From Lama glama (taxonomy: Eukaryota), in contig CM052816.1 in the NCBI GenBank assembly GCA_028534125.1, forward strand, positions 40,364,001-40,428,000: DNA of 64,000 bases, given 5' to 3'. A program made the position numbers and the translations under genes. Below the pieces are notes generated by a model that worked only from the letters and a program-made list of their open reading frames with translations, made no database searches and was not told the DNA's origin. Below, piece after piece: positions 57,930-64,000 of this stretch (its first letter is position 1; the number at the start of each line of letters is the position of its first letter).

Positions 57930-58925
57930 CATGCTGCACACAAGTTAAACTGAAGCTTAGAGGCTGGTAGCAAGGCCTCAGGCTTAACTGGAGTCCTAGA
58001 GGACAGAGCTGGTATGGTTATTTTCCCCACTGGGCTTGATACCACTTCAGGAAAAGTGGAGGGAAGTTTAAGGTAAATACCTAAAGGACCTGATGGATTC
58101 CAGTTAGAACTTGGCCTTCAGCTTCTATGAATCCCATTCCCCACAAGGGGAGAGTCTATCTGCTTCCTCCTGGAGTGCTTCGGTGAGGACCAGCTGGTCC
58201 CTCTGCACAGAGCTGCTGTGAGACAGCAGCCCTAGTATGTGGATTCCTCTGTGCTTCTGAAAATTTGAGTGCCAGGGAACTGAAAATTTGACTGTTGCCT
58301 CTTCTTAGACCAGGCATACAATGTTTTTGTACCTCTCTCCAGACTGCTTTAACCTCAGTCCAATTTTTTGGACTGAGTCTTAATCAGCAGGCAAGAGAAA
58401 ATTTTGTGTTTTTCAAACACAATGCTGTCATTAAATAAATTATTTCTAAAATTGTCAGGAGATGGGATAGAAATGACAGAAATTTAAGAGAAAAAAAATC
58501 AGATAAAAGAAACAGACCCAGAAATGATAGAGATGTTAGAGTTTTAGATAAGTATTTCTGAATTACTGTTATTAATATGTTCATGAGAAGAGGGGAAAAT
58601 ACAGAGATTTGTACCAGAAAACTAGAATCTATAAAAATAGAAAAGCAGAGAAATTCTAAATTTGAGAAATACAATAACTGAAATTAAACTTTTAATGAAT
58701 GGGTTTAAAAGCAGAATAGCAAACAGAAGAGACCAGTGAAGTAGAAGATGGTATAGAAATAAATATCCAGGAAAATACAGAAAAGAACAAAAGAGCTAAT
58801 GGTCTGTCATTCACATAATTGGATTTGCATTAGAGGAGGAAGGGAATAATAGGGCAGAACAATAACTGAAACAATACTGGCTGTGAACTTTTCAAATGTG
58901 ATCAAATCCATAGATTTAAAATTCT
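57930..58925 (+). mobile_element. Ancient L1 5' UTR/ORF1 remnant (L1ME-like)
   Basis: AACAGACCCAGAAATGATAGAGATGTTAGA...AATACAATAACTGAAATTAAA...AATGGGTTTAAAAGCAGA...GAACTTTTCAAAT. 5' boundary uncertain. Confidence 0.65.
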
Positions 58926-59164
58926 CTTTTTAATTGAAATTGTGTATAAGTTAAATTAAAACTTTTACTTTTGCTTAAAATATCTTCCTCCTCAGAGCAG
59001 TATTATTTGATTAAATTGCCTCTTTTTCTTTTTTCTTTTTTTTCTGTTCTATTCTATCTGCTGAGGTTTTGTTTAGAGCAATCCTTGTTTATACTTACCT
59101 TCCTTTTCCTTGCATAAGTATCAAGAAACTCCCCTTTATAATTGAAAGTGTTTGGTTCAAAGAC

Positions 59165-59388
59165 CAGGGATCAATAAACTTTTTATGTGATTAGCTGAAT
59201 AGTAAATATTTTAGGCTTTTCTGGTCATATCATCTGTGTCATAACTACTCACTTCTGCCATTGAACTACAAAAGCATCCATTAAAGAAACATACACAAAT
59301 GGGCATGTCTTTGTTCCAATAAAACTTTATTTACAAAACTAGATGTTGGGCTGATTTTAACCTGTGGGTCATAGACTGCTGATACCTG
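59165..59388 (+). mobile_element. hAT-Charlie MITE MER58A
   Basis: CAGGGATCAATAAACTTTTT...ATAGTAAATATTTTAGGCTTT...GTTCCAATAAAACTTTATTTACAAAA...GCTGATACCTG. Flanks GTTCAAAGAC / GTTCAGAC (decayed 8-bp TSD). Confidence 0.88.
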
Positions 59389-60074
59389 GTTCAGACCATA
59401 AATATGTGTTCCCTCAGTTTCTTAGCCTTTGTCCCATGACTTAAAGAAATGAATAATGCTTCAAGGAGAGAAGCAGCATAGAAGGTTAAACTCATTTTTC
59501 TATAGGGTCTTTCTCCTCTGTTGTAACCTTGAATTGCAATTATTTGTTCCCTTGGCTCCAGTGGACCACTGTAAATGTAGAGCTTATTTATGTTTGCTTA
59601 CTATGTTTCCTACTGTTATTAACCAACAAATACTTGGAAAGAAAGGTGGCAGAAAATACTGGACTCTTGTCAACACTTTAAGCTTCTCTCCAGGATCTTT
59701 ACCCCATAAAATTCTGGGGCTTTCTTAATTGTAGTCTCTTACCTTTAAAGAGCTGTTTTTTGGTATTTCTTACAACATTTATACTTAATGCTTGAAGGGG
59801 CAAGTTGGACTAATACAAGCTAATCTATCATAGTGGGAAGCAGAAGTCTTCAAAGGAAAAATAAAAAAAGTAATTTGCACCTTTTGAATAAATCAGCAAA
59901 ATACAGAAGTAGAAAACTGTACTAACAATGAAATGACAAAAAAAGCAAACATTGAATAAGGAAGTAGAACTGAAGTCAAGTACATCAAATACTACAATCT
60001 GTACAGAACAGTGCTCAGTCTTAATAACGTAAAATAAAATCTGAACAGTAGAATGAGATATTATGCTTTTGATA

Positions 60075-61620
60075 GGGAGATTAATGTGATGAAATTATCA
60101 ATTCTCTCTGAATTATATTACGCATTTAATGTAATTTCCAGTGGAATCACAACAGAATTGTTTTTTACTACTGCAAAATGATCTTGAATTCTTTTTTAAA
60201 ATACATTTTTGTTAATATATTAGTTTATGATGGGTCAATTTCTGGTGTACAGCACAATACTTCATAGTCATATAGGAATATACATATATTCGTTTTCATT
60301 ATCTTTTTAACCATAAGTTACTATAAGATAATTGAATATAGTTCCTGGGCTATACAGTATAAATTTATTGTTTATCTGTTTTATATATAGTAGTTAGTAT
60401 CTGCAAATCTTGAACTCCCAATTTATCCCTTCCTACCCTTTTGAATTCTATTTGAAAATTAAAATTTTGAGAATAGCCAAGACAATTATAACAAAGAAAA
60501 ATAGAAAACTAGCCTTATAAAATACTGAAACAATATAGTCTTCAGAATTTTTAAAGAAATTGTTATTGGTATAAGAATAGAAAATGCAAGAGTGAAACCA
60601 AGTAAAAAGAACAAATAGATTCCAGGGTACACATAACTGAAATTTTATATTTGACACTGTTGTACATTAATTTTGTGGGGGATACAATGGCTGATGTAAC
60701 AAATGTGTTGACCCAACTGCCATTCTAAATAGGAAAAAAATAAAGATTATGATCTCATACTACTCATAAAAATAAATGAGATAAAATACAATGTAAATGT
60801 AAAAATTAAGCCTTTTATATTAAAATGTAAGAGATTAAAAGAATATCCTATTGGTTAGGAAGAATTTTAACCTTTTAAATTTAATCTTAATGTCTAAAAA
60901 TCTAAAAGCTATGAAAAAATAAAGATAGATATATTTTACTATGTATTTTTAAAAATATATACTGCATCACAAAATACACCATAAACAAAATTAACATGCC
61001 TATTATTGATTAAGATTAACGTCTGCAACTGAATTAACAGCCGTAATATAGTATGGCCACAATTCTGGAAACAGGGAAATATACAAAATAAATGGTTTAT
61101 TGATATTACATTACAATGAATGATGCATTCAGTGTGTTTTTACTCATTAGCAACATGGATTGTTAACAGAAGAAAGTACTGTAATATGTTTCTAGTAGAA
61201 ATATAAATTTCACAGTACTTGAAAATTCCTTAAAATAAAAATGTACATATTCAGCATTTCTTCTGTGACTATACTCTATGGAGATATGTCTCACTTGTAC
61301 AGCTACAAGGATGTTGATTGTAGCTGTGTTGCGGCAAAAAAATGAAATAAGGTGGGTGTTGATCTGTATGAAAATGGTTGAGTAAAGTATGGCATATCCA
61401 AACTATGGGAAATATGAAGATATTAAAAAGGATACTCTTATAGAAGTTTTTCCATCTTGATCTACTAAGTGAAAATTGTAAGATGCAGAGAGGTAGGTGT
61501 AATATCACCTCATTTTTGTAAAATAAATAAATTTTAATGTATACCTCTAAATATAATGCTTTATGTGCCTTTATTAGCATAGAAAAACAATAGAGATGAA
61601 TGTATATAAATTTCTTTGAA
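60075..61620 (+). mobile_element. Ancient L1ME-type ORF2 3' region and 3' UTR fragments
   Basis: ATCAATTCTCTCTGAATTATATTACGCATTTAATGTAATTTCCA, GAATAGCCAAGACAATT and GGTTGAGTAAAGTATGGCATATCCA. Confidence 0.65.
60193..60440 (-). mobile_element. Short camelid-type LINE-1 3' end nested in an older L1
   Basis: AATTTCTGGTGTACAGCACAATACTTCA...TAGTTAGTATCTGCAAATCTTGAACTCCCAATTTATCCC. TSD TTGAATTCT at 60184-60192 and 60441-60449. Confidence 0.88.
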
Positions 61621-61883
61621 GATGAAGTAAGGGAAATGTTGTCTGGAAAGGGAAAGTATTCAGTTTATTTAGCCCTTAAAAACAAAATTCAACAATAAAA
61701 CCTATGTAGCTAAGAGATTTTAGAAACTGATGATAACATTAAAACAGGTTGAAAGAATGAGTGAGAGATCTCTCAACACATACTGTAAGGCATAAGTCCA
61801 TCTGGGACACACAGAAGAGGATTTTGAGTAGGAACCAGAACTAGTCTCTTAACGGCACTCATCATAACCAGTTCTGTAGAGCC

Positions 61884-62060
61884 TGCTTCCTAAAGTGTTG
61901 TTTATGGACTAACAACATTAGCATTACCAGAGAACTTGTTAGAGAGGCAGATATAATTTGGACTTTGGCACAGTCCAAAATTATTGAATCAGAATCTTCA
62001 TTTTTTTCCCAAGCTCTGCAGAAGATTGGTATGCGATTAATATTTGAGGCACAACGCATT
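61884..62060. mobile_element. hAT-Charlie MITE (MER5-like)
   Basis: CATTAGCATTACCAGAGAACTTGTTAGA...ATTGAATCAGAATCTTCATTTT. Confidence 0.7.
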
Positions 62061-62299
62061 TGTGGATGATGGAAGAGTAAAGTCAGAACCCATAGAGAAT
62101 CTTTCTAATTTAAGTATATGCAAGTATGCGTAGAAAAGTGTGACAAGTTCTGATTTTAACAGGTCGTTTTAATAGACAATACAGTTCATTTTAGTGAATA
62201 CAATAACAATAAATAAACCTAAATAAATAAACACTGTGACAGATTTTACTGGGGCACACACCAATTGTTATTAATTATTGTATAACTGACATAATGGTC

Positions 62300-62455
62300 A
62301 GCATTGAAGCTGTTAGAGCCTCAGTTCTCTCAGCTGCAAGATGAAATCTTAATAAGTAGAACTTGTTTCGTTGGACTATCATCATTACCGAAAACGTATG
62401 CAAAAACAATTTGAATAATAAAAATTTTTAAATGAGTATAAATAGGCATTGCTAT
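62300..62455 (+). mobile_element. MIR remnant
   Basis: GAGCCTCAGTTCTCTCAGCTGCAAGATG...AATAAGTAG. Confidence 0.45.
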
Positions 62456-63719
62456 TTTCTTTGGGATTTTAATTAAATGCACATGTGTATTTTACTTTTT
62501 CTTTTTTTTTGCTTTAATGTTTTTCACACTGGAATTTACTGAAGGGTCATGAAAGAATTCTAGTCAATCAAGAAAACTGATGGCATAAAATATTACGTAC
62601 AAATGCATTGGCACATATTTACAGATTCTTAAACACTAGGAGACTTTATCTCCTACATTTTATGATTTCTGTTAATCTATTTTTAAAAACATTTTGTAAT
62701 CTTTATTAATTATAAATCTATGACTACTAAGTAAGTTATATACTACTATAAACTGGGTTATTTCAACAGAAATAATATATCTGGAAGACAAATTAAATTG
62801 ATCTATGATTTTGTGGATCAATAGAAAATAAAATAAATCACTTTTCAAAATGTAGAACCTCTTCAGTAGTAAATAAAATAATTTATAATTTTTAAACTTA
62901 TCAGTCAGCTAATAACGCTAGTCTCACTGTAAAGATGTCTTTATTGTATAAACATTTTTTCCTTTGTCTTTCCTATATGAGTATTCTCATTTCATATCTA
63001 GTTGACACTAAATATTTCAAATCTTAGGTTAAAGCATCATCAAAAATTGAACTGCAATAATTTAATAGACCCAAAAGAGATGTAAGTAAGCTCTTAGCAG
63101 TTTAAAAAGAGTGGACTTGTCACATAAGTAGCTATAGTAGAAGCTGCTCTGAGGCTGACCAAGGGAAAAGCAAAAGTGAAAAACAACAACATGAAACAGC
63201 ATTGAAATAGTTGTTAATAAAATAGCAAGTGGAGAAATAAAGAAGATATCCAGATTAGCAACAGAGGGTTAACTAAAAAAGTCATATGTATGAAGGGAGA
63301 AGGAACAGAATGTATTCAGTGTTTCAGGACCAGTGAAATAGACAGTGAAATGAAAGAACAGGGGGGTATAATTCAAACAGTTTTAAGAATACTAGAAGAT
63401 AGGGTGCAAGTACTGAATTAAGCAAATAGAGAATAAAAATGAAATAAAAAACAAAAAAAAATAAAAATAAAAACTGGCATCCACCATAAGAAGGGTACTA
63501 AGGAAATATAAATCACAAACCTAAAAATCTTCTGTTCAGTCCTGGTTAAAAATAAAGTGTATGTCACAAAGATATTTAATAAACAATGCAGAAAGATTCC
63601 TGTTTACATGAAGTGCTAGAGCTACTTTTTGCAACAGAAAGCCTTTATTCCCTTGTCGCTTTCATAATTTGCAAGAATTAATCTAGGGCTACCCATCAAT
63701 TTCACCTTCAAACCAATTG

Positions 63720-63960
63720 GATGGAGGGTGCCAGAGGAAAGGAGGAAGCTAGTTTCCATTTAAGGGTATGGTCCAGAAGTCATCCACATTCCTTTTAAAT
63801 ACATTTCATTGGCTAGAACTTAGTCACATGGCAACACCATGCTATGAGAGCGACTGCTACCTACAGTCTTTATTTCGGATAGCTATTTGCCTAGTTAATA
63901 TTAGAGGTCTTTATTAATATAGAAAAAAAGGAGAACAAAATATGGGCTAGATCTAGCAAA
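63720..63960 (-). mobile_element. ERVL-MaLR LTR fragment (MLT1J-like)
   Basis: CATTTCATTGGCTAGAACTTAGTCACATGGCAACACC...AGTCTTTATT. Confidence 0.7.
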
Positions 63961-64000
63961 GGGTTTTAGGGGAGAGAATCCAGATCTCAATTAGCAAATG

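Overview
This is AT-rich, CpG-poor eutherian genomic DNA, most likely camelid (alpaca/llama/camel), judged from two tRNA-Ala-derived Vic-1-type SINEs and camelid-style L1 3' ends. I found no intact protein-coding gene, RNA gene or CRISPR array. The supplied ORFs are decayed L1 ORF2 or ERV gag/pol pieces, antisense frames of these, or chance ORFs. A large part of the window is recognisable transposon debris. The largest item is an old minus-strand class I ERV provirus (6840-14052) with both LTRs, a PPT, and gag, RT and integrase C-terminal remnants, but with protease core, RNase H/integrase core and env missing and a nested L1 pair inside. There are also several L1s with readable target-site duplications (TSDs), MaLR/ERVL/ERV1 solo LTRs, hAT and Tigger DNA transposons, and L2/MIR/CR1 relics. 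The most notable observations are retrotransposition and repair oddities (ultra-short L1 insertions, an orphan poly(A) retrocopy, an L1-in-L1 chimera, a 3'-truncated L1 with its TSD, locally templated inverted insertions). Repeat-poor stretches also hold dense transcription-factor motif clusters (~32.2-32.65 kb, ~57 kb) and a few candidate non-coding exons. I cannot support a claim of a new biological system here. Repeat family names come from my recall of consensus sequences and need Dfam/RepeatMasker confirmation, and boundaries of old repeats are approximate.
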